Shown here in pieces: positions 52,011-60,959 of a stretch of DNA of 64,000 nt. The notes below the pieces were generated by a model. That model saw only the letters and a list, made by a program, of their open reading frames with translations, was not told the DNA's origin and did not search any database. This DNA comes from an uncultured Gemmataceae bacterium (GTDB lineage Bacteria > Planctomycetota > Planctomycetia > Gemmatales > Gemmataceae). The first letter of the stretch is position 1. The number at the start of each line of letters is the position of its first letter. The stretch is taken from assembly GCA_963750165.1 (NCBI GenBank), contig CAVVPN010000003.1, positions 1,856,001-1,920,000 on the forward strand, read 5' to 3'. Both the position numbers and the translations under genes were made by a program.

Positions 52011-52060
52011 GCGCCGGCCTGCCGTTCGTGGTCCACACAACTGCGAACCACTCTAGGTTA

Positions 52061-52077
52061 TTGAGATTGTATGTCAA
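52061..52077. promoter_or_regulatory. Fur-box-like site 1
   Basis: TTGAGATTGTATGTCAA, a degenerate 7-1-7 palindrome in AT-rich DNA upstream of hemP. Confidence 0.45.
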
Positions 52078-52171
52078 CAATTTTGTTCCAACAACTGCGA
52101 ACACAGCCGGTCCTGGTTCTGAAGCATTTGCCTCGTCCACTGATTTCTCCAGGTTTTCTTGTGGAATAGTG

Positions 52172-52200
52172 TTGACAGGGGCGCATGGTGTTTCTAGGAT
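52172..52200 (+). promoter_or_regulatory. Sigma70-type promoter for the DUF1559 gene
   Basis: TTGACA-17 bp-TAGGAT. Confidence 0.75.
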
Positions 52201-52210
52201 GAACCGTGTT

Positions 52211-52240
52211 GATGAGAATCAATCTCAATAATTGAGATTG
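52211..52240. promoter_or_regulatory. Fur-box-like operator (overlapping palindromes) just downstream of the promoter
   Basis: TGAGAAT-C-AATCTCA (7-1-7) overlapping CAATCTCAAT-A-ATTGAGATTG. Confidence 0.7.
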
Positions 52241-52346
52241 ACCCAACTTGCCGCGAGGCTGCTTCGCCGCCGCCGTGGGGCGTCCTCCGCCCCGCTTCCG
52301 TTCGCAACGCACCTCACCATTGCCATCCCGAAAGGAGTGTGTTGCC

Positions 52347-53390
52347 GTGCGCGCGCGAACCCCTCGCTCCGCCTTCACCCTGATCGAATTGCTGGTGGTG
52401 ATCGCGATCATCGCCGTACTGGTCGGCCTGCTCGTGCCCGCCGTCCAGAAAGTCCGCGCGGCGGCGGCACATGTCGCCTGCACGAACAATCTCAAGCAAC
52501 TCGGCGTGGCGCTGCACAATTACATGGACGAGCAGAAACGCCTGCCGCCCAACGGCGTCTATGCGTTCAACGGCGCCGCGGTGACGCAGACCTCGCCCTG
52601 GTCGGCCCTGTCCCGGCTGCTGCCCTACGTCGAACAGGAGAACCTGTTCCGCGGCATTGACTTCACGACCCCGTACAGTGCGCAGCCCAACATCACGTCG
52701 CAGCGCGTTGCCACGTACCTCTGTCCCAGTGAGCCGAACGACCGGGGCAGCGGCACCGACCCCGTCTACGGGAACAGGAACTGGACGCTTAACTACGCCG
52801 TCAACCTGGGGACGTGGGCGGTGCTGACGAAGAAGGGGACCACGCTCCAGGGGGGCGACGGCGCCTTCAGCCCGAACGTGGGGTTCGCGCCGCGCGACTT
52901 CCGCGACGGCCTGAGCAACACCCTGGCGGTCGCCGAAGTGAAGGCCTACACCACGCGCGTCAGCGGCAGCCCCAACACCGTGACGTTTGCCGTCGCGCCG
53001 CCGCCCCCGGCCGCGCCCGCGGCCCTGCTCGCGGCGCCCCCCTTTGGGATGTCCGGGCTCGCACTGGCCGCCTTCGACCCCACGAAACAAACGCACGTCG
53101 AGTGGGTGGACGGCAAGGTGCATGAGACGGGGTTCACCACCGCGTTCCCGCCGAACACCCTGGTGGCGTTTTCATCCGACGGCAGCACATTCGACGTGGA
53201 TTTCATCAGCGCCACGGAAACCAGCCCGGGAGACACCTACGCCGCGGTGACGGCGCGGAGTTATCACGCGGGGGTGGTGAACGTGCTGCTGATGGACGGC
53301 TCGGTGCGCGCCGTGAGCAACGGCATTGCCCCCGGCACCTGGCGGGCGCTGGGTACCCGGGCCCGGGGCGAGGTGGTTGAGGATTATTGA
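52347..53390 (+). CDS. DUF1559 protein with prepilin-type N-terminal cleavage/methylation motif and H-X9-DG C-terminal motif
   Basis: RSAFTLIELLVVIAIIAVLVGLLVPAVQKVR, CTNNLKQLGVALHNY, DGLSNTLAVAE, SYHAGVVNVLLMDGSV. RBS AAGGAG. Confidence 0.93.
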   Translation: MRARTPRSAFTLIELLVVIAIIAVLVGLLVPAVQKVRAAAAHVACTNNLKQLGVALHNYMDEQKRLPPNGVYAFNGAAVTQTSPWSALSRLLPYVEQENLFRGIDFTTPYSAQPNITSQRVATYLCPSEPNDRGSGTDPVYGNRNWTLNYAVNLGTWAVLTKKGTTLQGGDGAFSPNVGFAPRDFRDGLSNTLAVAEVKAYTTRVSGSPNTVTFAVAPPPPAAPAALLAAPPFGMSGLALAAFDPTKQTHVEWVDGKVHETGFTTAFPPNTLVAFSSDGSTFDVDFISATETSPGDTYAAVTARSYHAGVVNVLLMDGSVRAVSNGIAPGTWRALGTRARGEVVEDY

Positions 53391-53494
53391 CGCCGCGGGG
53401 TGTGCAAGTCCGGGACCAGCGTGCGTTCCCCTGGCGTCGGGGCTGCAACACATGACCCAAACCACCTACCCGACGACCCACCCCACGACCTGCC

Positions 53495-54709
53495 TTATAG
53501 GCTCGTTTGCCGAACGATGAACCTGCCCAACAGCGGCACCGCGAATGAATATTTGCCGTGCCGATTCTTGTAAACCAGACCGGTATCACTCAGACTGGAG
53601 AGCATTTGACTGACGTGGCTGGCGCCGAACGGTTTCTTCAGCATGGTTTTGGATTGCGCAGTGATCTCCTGCACCGTGAATTCCTCGTCGCAGTTGTCGA
53701 GGTTGGCGATCACCGTAAGCAATTCCCGCTGTCGGTCGGTCGCACGGGCCCAGCGGCCGGCGAAGAAATTGTTGTCCAGCTTGCGGGTGATTTCCTGGAT
53801 GGGCACCTGGGCCTTCTCCCGGGCCCCGACTTTCTGCAGGAACGCATCGTACACTTCTCGACAAATGAACTGAATAAAGTAGGGGTAACCGCCGGAAACC
53901 TCGATGACCACCTTGACCGAAGCCGCGTTTAATCGGACCGGACAGTTGGCGTCCTGGATCGGTTTCAAGATGGCATCACGGCTGTCGGCGTCGTTCAACC
54001 GTTTCAAGAAAACGACGTGAAACATGCGCTCGGCGAACGTGCGCGCCTCCACCAGTTTGGGGAAGAGGGTGGGGAGGCCGACGAGCACGAGCATGAAGGG
54101 AATGCCCTTTTTTTGCAGCGACTGGAACACGTCGAGCATCAACGACAGCGGATATTCGTTGGCTTCCGCGTGGTCGGAGAGGTTTTGGGCCTCGTCGTAA
54201 GCGAACACCATCCCCCTCACCTGCTGGCCTTTCAGACACGCCCAGATGAATTCCAGGACCGCCTTGAGCTTGTCGGAAGCCAGGCCGGGGGTGTTGGCGT
54301 AAAGGTCGCTCATGGTGTTGAAGTCCAGGGTCTTGCGCTCCTGCTTCGTGGGCCGGCTAAAGCCGATGGCGGGCAGATCCTTGGTCAACGTGATGCGCGA
54401 AGTGAGAGGGGCCAGGTCCGTCAGGAGCCGGACCGCCACCCGGGCCTCGCTGATACTGGAGGACTCGGAGAGGTCGGTGCCCACCCAGAGCCAGCCGCGC
54501 TCGATGGCCAGTGGCTTGAAGGTATCCAGGAGGACGGTTTTGCCAACGCCCCGCAATCCCGTCAACACCAGGTTCTCCAACACAACGTCCTGAGTCAGCA
54601 ACCGCAGAAACTCTTCTTTCTCCCGCTGGCGCCCGGCCAGGTAGGGTGGCATGTGCCCCGCGCCAGGGCGGAACGGGTTGTTGAACTGCTTCACGGGATG
54701 CGTTGCCAT
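53495..54709 (-). CDS. P-loop ATPase (AAA_16/archaeal-ATPase-like) with C-terminal winged helix
   Basis: NPFRPGAG..PPYLAGR, Walker A GLRGVGKT, Walker B FAYDEAQ, SGGYPYFIQ, LSSLSDTGLVYKNRHGKYSFAVP. Confidence 0.85.
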   Translation of the reverse strand: MATHPVKQFNNPFRPGAGHMPPYLAGRQREKEEFLRLLTQDVVLENLVLTGLRGVGKTVLLDTFKPLAIERGWLWVGTDLSESSSISEARVAVRLLTDLAPLTSRITLTKDLPAIGFSRPTKQERKTLDFNTMSDLYANTPGLASDKLKAVLEFIWACLKGQQVRGMVFAYDEAQNLSDHAEANEYPLSLMLDVFQSLQKKGIPFMLVLVGLPTLFPKLVEARTFAERMFHVVFLKRLNDADSRDAILKPIQDANCPVRLNAASVKVVIEVSGGYPYFIQFICREVYDAFLQKVGAREKAQVPIQEITRKLDNNFFAGRWARATDRQRELLTVIANLDNCDEEFTVQEITAQSKTMLKKPFGASHVSQMLSSLSDTGLVYKNRHGKYSFAVPLLGRFIVRQTSL

Positions 54710-54735
54710 CAACAGCCTCAATTAGTTGATTCTAT

Positions 54736-54759
54736 AAATTTAGCCGATAGACTAAATTT
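54736..54759. promoter_or_regulatory. Perfect 8-8-8 AT-rich inverted repeat upstream of the ATPase
   Basis: AAATTTAG-CCGATAGA-CTAAATTT. Confidence 0.45.
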
Positions 54760-54851
54760 GCATAATACAAGCTTTTTGTCAAGAGGAAGTCACGCCCGTG
54801 GTCCCAGGCGGTTCGTGGAGGACGCGGCCAACCGTGGCCGGTTGGTCTGAG

Positions 54852-56483
54852 CTAGGCCGGCGTGTCGCGGGTCACGTCGAAGCGGCGGAACGCCCAGGCG
54901 ACCAGCGGCACCAGCGCCGCGCACAGACCCACGCACGCCAGCCACGCCGCCGCGACGCCGGTCGCCAGGCTGTCCGCCGCCACGACGTAGCCGCCCAGGC
55001 CGGCCACGAGCGCCAACGCCAGCAGCAGCCCCAGCCCCGTAAACTTCGCCAGCCACAGCAGCACCTGCCGGCCGAGCAGCTGGAAGTCGCCGGGCGTCGT
55101 CGCCACCAGGCGCGTCGGGAACCATAGAAACAGCAGGTTCTCGATGCCGAACAACAGGAAATTGACCGGCAGCAGGAAGGCGCAGCCGGCCAGCAGCCAC
55201 GGCCAGGGCCGGCCCCAGACGGCCAGCATCAGTGCCACCACCAGCGCCTGCACGAGCGTCACCGCCGCCACCGGCGTCAGCAGCTGGCCGACCACCAGCC
55301 GCCAGGCGGGCAGCGGCAGTGTCTTGAGCAGGTCCATGCGGTCCACGTCGCCGCGGAAGTCGAACGGCAGCAGCGCCGGCACCACCAGCGTCATGGCCAG
55401 CAGCAGACTGCCCAGCAGCGGCACCGGCGGTTCGTCACCGGCGAAGTCGTCGGCGTGGCCCAGCAGCGGCCCGGACAGGAAGCCGACCATCAGCAGCACG
55501 AGCAGCAGCGACCACCAGCTGCGCAGGAAGCTGGTGGCCTGACGCCACAGGATCGGGCCGACGCCGCCCAGGTACGGCAGCGGCGGCGCCGTCAGCCGCA
55601 GCCGACCCGAGGCCGGTGCCACCGCCAGCGCGGCGCCGCCGCGGCGCAGCCGCTGCAACCGGGCGTACTGCCGTTCGCTGGCGCCGGCGGACGCCTCCAG
55701 GTAGTGGGCGTCCAGCGCGAACAGCAGCAGCAGTAACACGCCATCGACCGCCAGCGCCAGCGCGGCGTACTGCACCAGGTCGGGCCAGACGCGCTCCGCG
55801 GTGAACGTCAGCACGAACCAGCTGGCCGGCGCCAGCAGCACCTGCGTCAGCGGCTCGTCCTCCAGCTCGCTCACGACGCTGCGCCAGTCGCCGCGCAGCA
55901 CCGGGGCGAGCGCTCGGTAGGCGGCCACTGCCAGCACGACGACCAGCGCGGCGAGCACCAGCTTGCGGCGGCGGTTGTAGGCGTGCGCCCCCAGCGCGCT
56001 GGCCAGCAGCGCCAGCAGCATGGCGAACAGCTGCAGCAGCAGTACGGCGAGGATGAGGCCGACCAGGGCGGCGATGGTCAGGGCGGCGTAAGCGCGCAGG
56101 AACAGCGTGAAGAACACGGCGCTGACCACGGCACCAAAGACGACGCCCCAGACCTTGTAGAGCAGCAGTTGACGGCGGCTGAGCGGGGCGGTGAACAGCA
56201 GGTTGACCTCGGCGGCGCTGAAGGTGACGGCGTTTTCGCCGGTCGAGAAGACGAGGTTGATGACACAATAGCCGACCAGCACCCAGGGGCCGTAGTGGCG
56301 CACCTGGTCGAGACGGCTGCCCATGACCGTGCCCGCCTGCAGGGCCGACCACACCCAGCCCGCGAACAGGCTCAGGCCCACGAGCGCCAGCAGCGCCCCG
56401 CGCGGCGTGCGCACACTACGGCCCAGGCGGCGCAGCCACGCCCGCAGGCGCAGCCAGAGCAACAGCCATAAGGCGCGGTCCAC
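54852..56483 (-). CDS. Putative ABC exporter permease
   Basis: Many TM helices, FSAAEVNLLFTAPLSRRQLLLY, DFRGDVDRMDLLKTLP. Follows the ABC ATPase gene. Confidence 0.8.
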   Translation of the reverse strand: MDRALWLLLWLRLRAWLRRLGRSVRTPRGALLALVGLSLFAGWVWSALQAGTVMGSRLDQVRHYGPWVLVGYCVINLVFSTGENAVTFSAAEVNLLFTAPLSRRQLLLYKVWGVVFGAVVSAVFFTLFLRAYAALTIAALVGLILAVLLLQLFAMLLALLASALGAHAYNRRRKLVLAALVVVLAVAAYRALAPVLRGDWRSVVSELEDEPLTQVLLAPASWFVLTFTAERVWPDLVQYAALALAVDGVLLLLLFALDAHYLEASAGASERQYARLQRLRRGGAALAVAPASGRLRLTAPPLPYLGGVGPILWRQATSFLRSWWSLLLVLLMVGFLSGPLLGHADDFAGDEPPVPLLGSLLLAMTLVVPALLPFDFRGDVDRMDLLKTLPLPAWRLVVGQLLTPVAAVTLVQALVVALMLAVWGRPWPWLLAGCAFLLPVNFLLFGIENLLFLWFPTRLVATTPGDFQLLGRQVLLWLAKFTGLGLLLALALVAGLGGYVVAADSLATGVAAAWLACVGLCAALVPLVAWAFRRFDVTRDTPA

Positions 56484-56506
56484 GGTCGGCCTCCGTCCCA
56501 GAACCA

Positions 56507-56580
56507 GGGTGAGGGGGTGAAAGACGCAAGCATCGCTCTTTCACCCCCTTCACCTCCTCACCCCCTCACCCCCTCACCCT
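56507..56580. repeat. Octamer-repeat hairpin element, copy 3 (overlaps ABC ATPase 3' end)
   Basis: GGGTGAGGGGGTGAAAGACG...TCTTTCACCCCCTTCACCTCCTCACCCCCTCACCCCCTCACCC. Confidence 0.75.
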
Positions 56581-57307
56581 GGCCGCCCTCGGTCAGCCGA
56601 AAGAACAATTCCTCCAGCGTCTCCTGCCGACCGTCCTGATTCAGCTCGCGCCGCAGGTCGGCCAATCGGCCGTGCAGCAGCTGGCGGCCGCGGTGCAGCA
56701 CCAGCACCGACGTACACAGATCTTCCACCAGCGACAGCAGGTGCGAACTCACCATGACCGCCGCCCCCGTCGCGGCCCGCTGCTGAATGGACGTTTTCAT
56801 GGTGCGGATGCCGCGCGGGTCCAGGCCGGTCAGCGGCTCGTCCAGCAGGATCGCCCGCGGCTCGTGCAGGTAGCCGCAGCTGATCGCCACCTTCTGCCGC
56901 ATGCCGCGCGACAGCTCCGCCGTCAACGCGTCGCGCTTCTCGGTCAGCTCGAACTGCCGCAGCAGTTCCTCGGCACGCGGCTGCCAGTCGGCGACGCGGT
57001 ACAGCTCCGCGACGAAGCGCAGGTGCTCCCAGACCGTCAGCGGATCGAACAACCGCGGGTCGTCCGGCACGTAGGCCAGGGCGGCCTTGGCGCGGAGCGG
57101 CTCACGCTCGATGTCGAAGCCGGCGACCGCCAGGCAGCCGCGCGTCGGCGGCAGGATGCCACACAGCGCGCGCATCGTCGTCGTCTTGCCGGCGCCGTTC
57201 GGCCCGACCAGGCCAAGGATCTCGCCGGGTTCGACGCGAAAACTGATGCCGGCCACCGCCACGGTGTCGCCGTAGTTCTTGTGGAAGTCCACAACCGCGA
57301 TCGTCAC
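56558..57307 (-). CDS. ABC transporter ATP-binding protein
   Basis: GPNGAGKTT, LSRGMRQK, LLDEPLTGLD, SSH. Confidence 0.93.
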   Translation of the reverse strand: MTIAVVDFHKNYGDTVAVAGISFRVEPGEILGLVGPNGAGKTTTMRALCGILPPTRGCLAVAGFDIEREPLRAKAALAYVPDDPRLFDPLTVWEHLRFVAELYRVADWQPRAEELLRQFELTEKRDALTAELSRGMRQKVAISCGYLHEPRAILLDEPLTGLDPRGIRTMKTSIQQRAATGAAVMVSSHLLSLVEDLCTSVLVLHRGRQLLHGRLADLRRELNQDGRQETLEELFFRLTEGGQGEGVRG

Positions 57308-57339
57308 CCGTGCCCCCTTGCGAGCGATGTGCATTGGGG

Positions 57340-57400
57340 TGTAGCGGAAGTCGCCAGACTTCCGACCGGCGCTGCTCGGAAGTCTGGCGACTTCCGCTAC
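57340..57400. repeat. GTAG-family REP doublet (REPIN-like)
   Basis: GTAGCGGAAGTCGCCAGACTTCCGA...TCGGAAGTCTGGCGACTTCCGCTAC. Confidence 0.8.
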
Positions 57401-57415
57401 GAGAGCTACTGCCCG

Positions 57416-58389
57416 CTACGCCTGAATGCCCTGCACGACCAGTTCAAGAAACTCACGAGCGCGGCGGGCCAGAGCGTCCACGCCATCAGGCTTGGCCGGC
57501 GCGGGCAGGCGCGGGGCGGAAATGTTCTCGCAGCACAGCGGCATGGCCCGGCCCGTGAACGCCACCGGATACAGCAGCCGATAGTGATCGATTTCGCCCA
57601 GGCCGGGACCGCAGTCCCGGTGCGGCGGCGGAAAGTCGCGGTGGTCCTTGATGCAAAAACTCCGCACCTGGTCGGCGCAGGCGGTCAGATCCTTGATGAC
57701 CTCCGCGGGGCTGACGCGCAGGTAATCCATGACGTTGCCGGCGTCGTAGTTGACGCGGACGCCAGCGTCGTTGACCTCGCGCGTGATCGCCGCGCAGGCC
57801 GCGCCGGTGCCGGTCTCGCCGCCGTGCTGCTTGACCACGAGCAGCACACCGTTGTTGGCGCGATCGGCCCGAGCTTGCGGAAACGCTCGACCCAGAGTTT
57901 GCGGTTGCCGCCCTTGGTGTGGCCGAACGTCAGCACCTGCGGCACCTTGCCCGCGGCCGCCTGCTCGATGCGCCGCGTCAGCACCTCCACGGCATTCCTG
58001 GCCTCGGGGTAGATGCCCGAGAACATCATCAACGGTTCCAGGCCGAGGTCGCGGCAGCGCGCGGCCAGTTCCTTCGCGCGGGCGGGCGGGGCGTCGGCGG
58101 CGATCACGGGCACGGTCTTGCCGCCGGCCTCGACGTGACTGGTGCCCCAGGCGACGAAGCGGTAGCCGGCACCGCGAATGCCGGTCAGGGCACGCTCCAG
58201 CGGGAAGCGTGAATAGGTCAGCGTCATGCAGGCGATCTGAAAAGTCGTGGGTTTGCCGCGCGGCGGCTGCGGGTTCTGGACGGCGGCCGGCACCGGAGCC
58301 GGCTGGGCCGCCTGCGCCAGGGCCAGGCCGGACAGGCCAGCGGCGCCGGCGTGCAGGAAGGTGCGGCGGTTCAGGCGCGAACTGCTCAT
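57416..58389 (-). CDS. Tat-exported sugar phosphate isomerase/epimerase-like TIM barrel protein; frameshift near 57860
   Basis: Twin-arginine signal NRRTFL, VKQHGG, VNYDAGNV, FCIKDH, GLGEIDH, CCEN. Confidence 0.75.
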
Positions 58390-58631
58390 GGCGTCCTCGC
58401 GGGTTGGGGTGCGGGAAACGGCGTCACGATCACTATAAGGCGGCAGCGGCGCGGCAACAACGGGGCGCACTACCGGTCCGAGCCCGAGCGCCAGCGAGGC
58501 GGCAGCTGGCCCCGCGCTGGCGCTCGGGCTCGGATCGGCGTCGGCAACAACGGTCGGCTTGCGGCGCACCGTCGCCGCCGGGTATGCTGGTCCGGTTCGC
58601 CCGGTGACTGCTTCAACAAGGACGGTGGTTC

Positions 58632-59453
58632 ATGGCCAAGCAAGGCGAAATCGATTACCTGAAAAACCTCGGTCCCGATGGCGTGCAGCACGCGGCCCTC
58701 AAGCCGTTCTCCGACCCGGGACGTGCTCGCTACCTGGCGGAGCTGGGGGCGCTGCTGGCGCTGCTGCCGCCGCCGCCGGCGCGGCTGCTGGACCTCGGCT
58801 GCGGCACCGGCTGGACGAGTGTCTTCTTCGCGCGCAGCGGCTACGACGTGCTCGGCGTCGATCTCGCCCCGGACATGATCGCGCTCGCCCGGCAGCAGCG
58901 CAACCGCGAAGGGCTGTCGCGTCTCGACTTCGTGGCCTGCGACTACGAGGACCTGCCGTTCGAGGGCGGCTTTGACGCGGTGGTGTACTTCGACGCGCTG
59001 CACCACGCCGTGGACGAGGCGGCGGCGCTGCGCTGCGCTTACCAGGCGCTGGACCGAGGCGGCGTCTGCGTCGCGTCGGAGCCGGGCGCCGGCCACCACG
59101 AGTCGCCGGAGGCGGTGGCGGCGGTGCAGCGCTTCGGCGTCACGGAAAAGGAAATGCCGCCCGAGCACGTCGTCGCGCTGGGACGGCAGATCGGCTTCCG
59201 CTCCTGGCGCGTGCTGCCGCACGCCTACGACCTGCACGCGCCGCTCTACCACGTCCGCGAAGACGCGGCGGCGCCGGCGCACCGAACGCCACCGGGACTC
59301 AAGCGCCTGCTGTTCGCGCCGCTGCTGTGGGCGCTGGGCGTGCGGCCGGGCGTCTTCAGCGACCGCATGGGCGCGTTCTACTATCTGAAACAGGTGATTT
59401 ATCTGCTGCGGGCGGCGCCGCGCGCCGGCGGCATTGTGGTGCTGACGAAGTGA
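58632..59453 (+). CDS. Class I SAM-dependent methyltransferase
   Basis: LLDLGCGTGW, GVDLAPDMI, FDAVVYFDALHH. Confidence 0.9.
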   Translation: MAKQGEIDYLKNLGPDGVQHAALKPFSDPGRARYLAELGALLALLPPPPARLLDLGCGTGWTSVFFARSGYDVLGVDLAPDMIALARQQRNREGLSRLDFVACDYEDLPFEGGFDAVVYFDALHHAVDEAAALRCAYQALDRGGVCVASEPGAGHHESPEAVAAVQRFGVTEKEMPPEHVVALGRQIGFRSWRVLPHAYDLHAPLYHVREDAAAPAHRTPPGLKRLLFAPLLWALGVRPGVFSDRMGAFYYLKQVIYLLRAAPRAGGIVVLTK

Positions 59454-59516
59454 CTTCTTCTGCGTGGGGCAGGCTGGAAAGCCTGCCCCACGCAGAAGAA
59501 GTCACTTCGTCAGCAC
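59439..59516. terminator. 37-bp perfect inverted repeat between convergent genes
   Basis: GTGCTGACGAAGTGACTTCTTCTGCGTGGGGCAGGCT-GGAA-exact reverse complement. Confidence 0.8.
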
Positions 59517-60176
59517 GAACAGCTTCTCGTTCACGGCGCCGTTGACGATGAAGGACGGGTAGTTCTCGGTGAAGGTGACAGCCTGACCACCGGCCTGCAG
59601 GCGCAGGACGCGACGCAGCGGTAGATTCGTTTTCGCGTCCAGCCACAGCGTCACCTGCGCCGGCACCCCCTTGGCGGGCGTCAGCTGGTACTCGACGGCC
59701 ACGGCCTCCTTGCCGTCGATGGTGTCCGCCTTGCCGGCCTTGAAGCCGCCGACGCCGAGGTTGTCGCGGAGCTTGCCCTCGTAGTCGTCCAGCCGCAGCA
59801 GCAGCGCGGCGACGACCACGCCGGAGCGCTCCAGGGCCGCGGTGAGGGTGTCGTTGAACGTCTTCGGCGTGGCCCGTGTCCGCGGCTCCTTCCCCGGTGC
59901 GGTGGTCCGCTGGTTGGTGCCGTCGGACACCACCGTGAGCTTGAGCGGCTTGCCGTCCACCTCGCCTTCCAGCGTCAGGAGCGCCTTGTTGCCCGCCGCC
60001 AGCAGGACGCTGCCCTTGAGGCTGCCCTTCTTGAAGCCGTCGATTTTCGTCTCGAACAAGAGCTGCACCGAACTGGCCTTGCCGAGCTGCGCGGTCATGG
60101 CCTGGAAGCGCTTGTCCGCGTTGTCCTGCGGCTGGCCCAGCAGTGCCAGCGCCACCAGTGCGAAAGCGTGGGTCAT
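59502..60176 (-). CDS. Secreted LolA-fold-like protein, array member 6
   Basis: Signal peptide, VVSDGT, LWLDAKTNLPLRR. RBS AAGGAGG. Confidence 0.75.
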   Translation of the reverse strand: MTHAFALVALALLGQPQDNADKRFQAMTAQLGKASSVQLLFETKIDGFKKGSLKGSVLLAAGNKALLTLEGEVDGKPLKLTVVSDGTNQRTTAPGKEPRTRATPKTFNDTLTAALERSGVVVAALLLRLDDYEGKLRDNLGVGGFKAGKADTIDGKEAVAVEYQLTPAKGVPAQVTLWLDAKTNLPLRRVLRLQAGGQAVTFTENYPSFIVNGAVNEKLFVLTK

Positions 60177-60253
60177 GGTCGATCCTCCTTGAAAATGGGC
60201 GAAGCGCGGCGGCCCGGCCTGCGGTGCGGCCGGGCCGCGGGTTCTTTGGCGGT

Positions 60254-60937
60254 TTACTTGGGCAGTTCAAACATCTTGTCGTCGAGCCTGGGGTTGAGGT
60301 TGAAGTTGCTGTAGGTTTCGCTGAGGGTGACGCCGCCGCCCTCGTTGATGTACAGAGTGCGCTTGAGCGGCAGGTTCGTCTGCGCGTCCAGCCAGACGGT
60401 GCAGACCGCGGGCGTCTTATCCTTCGGCGTCAGCTTGTACTTGAGGACGACAGCGGCGCGGCCGTTGACCTTTTCGCCCTTGAGCAGTTCAAAATCGCTC
60501 AGCTTCATGGTCGCGAACGGGCCTTCTCCCTCGTCCCTGGAACTGCGGCCGATCAGCAACATGCCGGCGGTGAGGCCCGTGCGCGCGGTGATGACGTTCA
60601 GCGTCGTGCGCCAGTCTTTGGGCTGGTCACGGCTCGGTTCCGGCTTGCCCTCGGCATCCATCTTCAATTTCTTGCCGTCGGACACCATCTCCAGTTTCGC
60701 CGTCTTGCCCATGAAATCGGCGTTCGCCGTCAGGCGCGCCTTGCCGTTGGGGCCGACGGTCAGCGTCCCCTTGAAGGCGCCGGTGTTACCCATGCCGCCT
60801 TCCATCTTTCCGTCAAAGGTCACCTGGAACGCGGCGGCCCGGGTGATCTTCTCTTCCATCATCTTGAAGCGCTTCTCGGCGTCGTCGCCCGCCTGGGCGA
60901 GCGCGGTCACCAGCAGCGGGAGCAGCAGCAGTTTCAT
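60254..60937 (-). CDS. Secreted LolA-fold-like protein, array member 5
   Basis: MKLLLLPLLVTALAQAGDDAEKRF...MVSDGK...WLDAQTNLPLKR...LDDKMFELPK. Confidence 0.8.
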   Translation of the reverse strand: MKLLLLPLLVTALAQAGDDAEKRFKMMEEKITRAAAFQVTFDGKMEGGMGNTGAFKGTLTVGPNGKARLTANADFMGKTAKLEMVSDGKKLKMDAEGKPEPSRDQPKDWRTTLNVITARTGLTAGMLLIGRSSRDEGEGPFATMKLSDFELLKGEKVNGRAAVVLKYKLTPKDKTPAVCTVWLDAQTNLPLKRTLYINEGGGVTLSETYSNFNLNPRLDDKMFELPK

Positions 60938-60959
60938 GGACGGTCCCCCTTTCGTTGGG

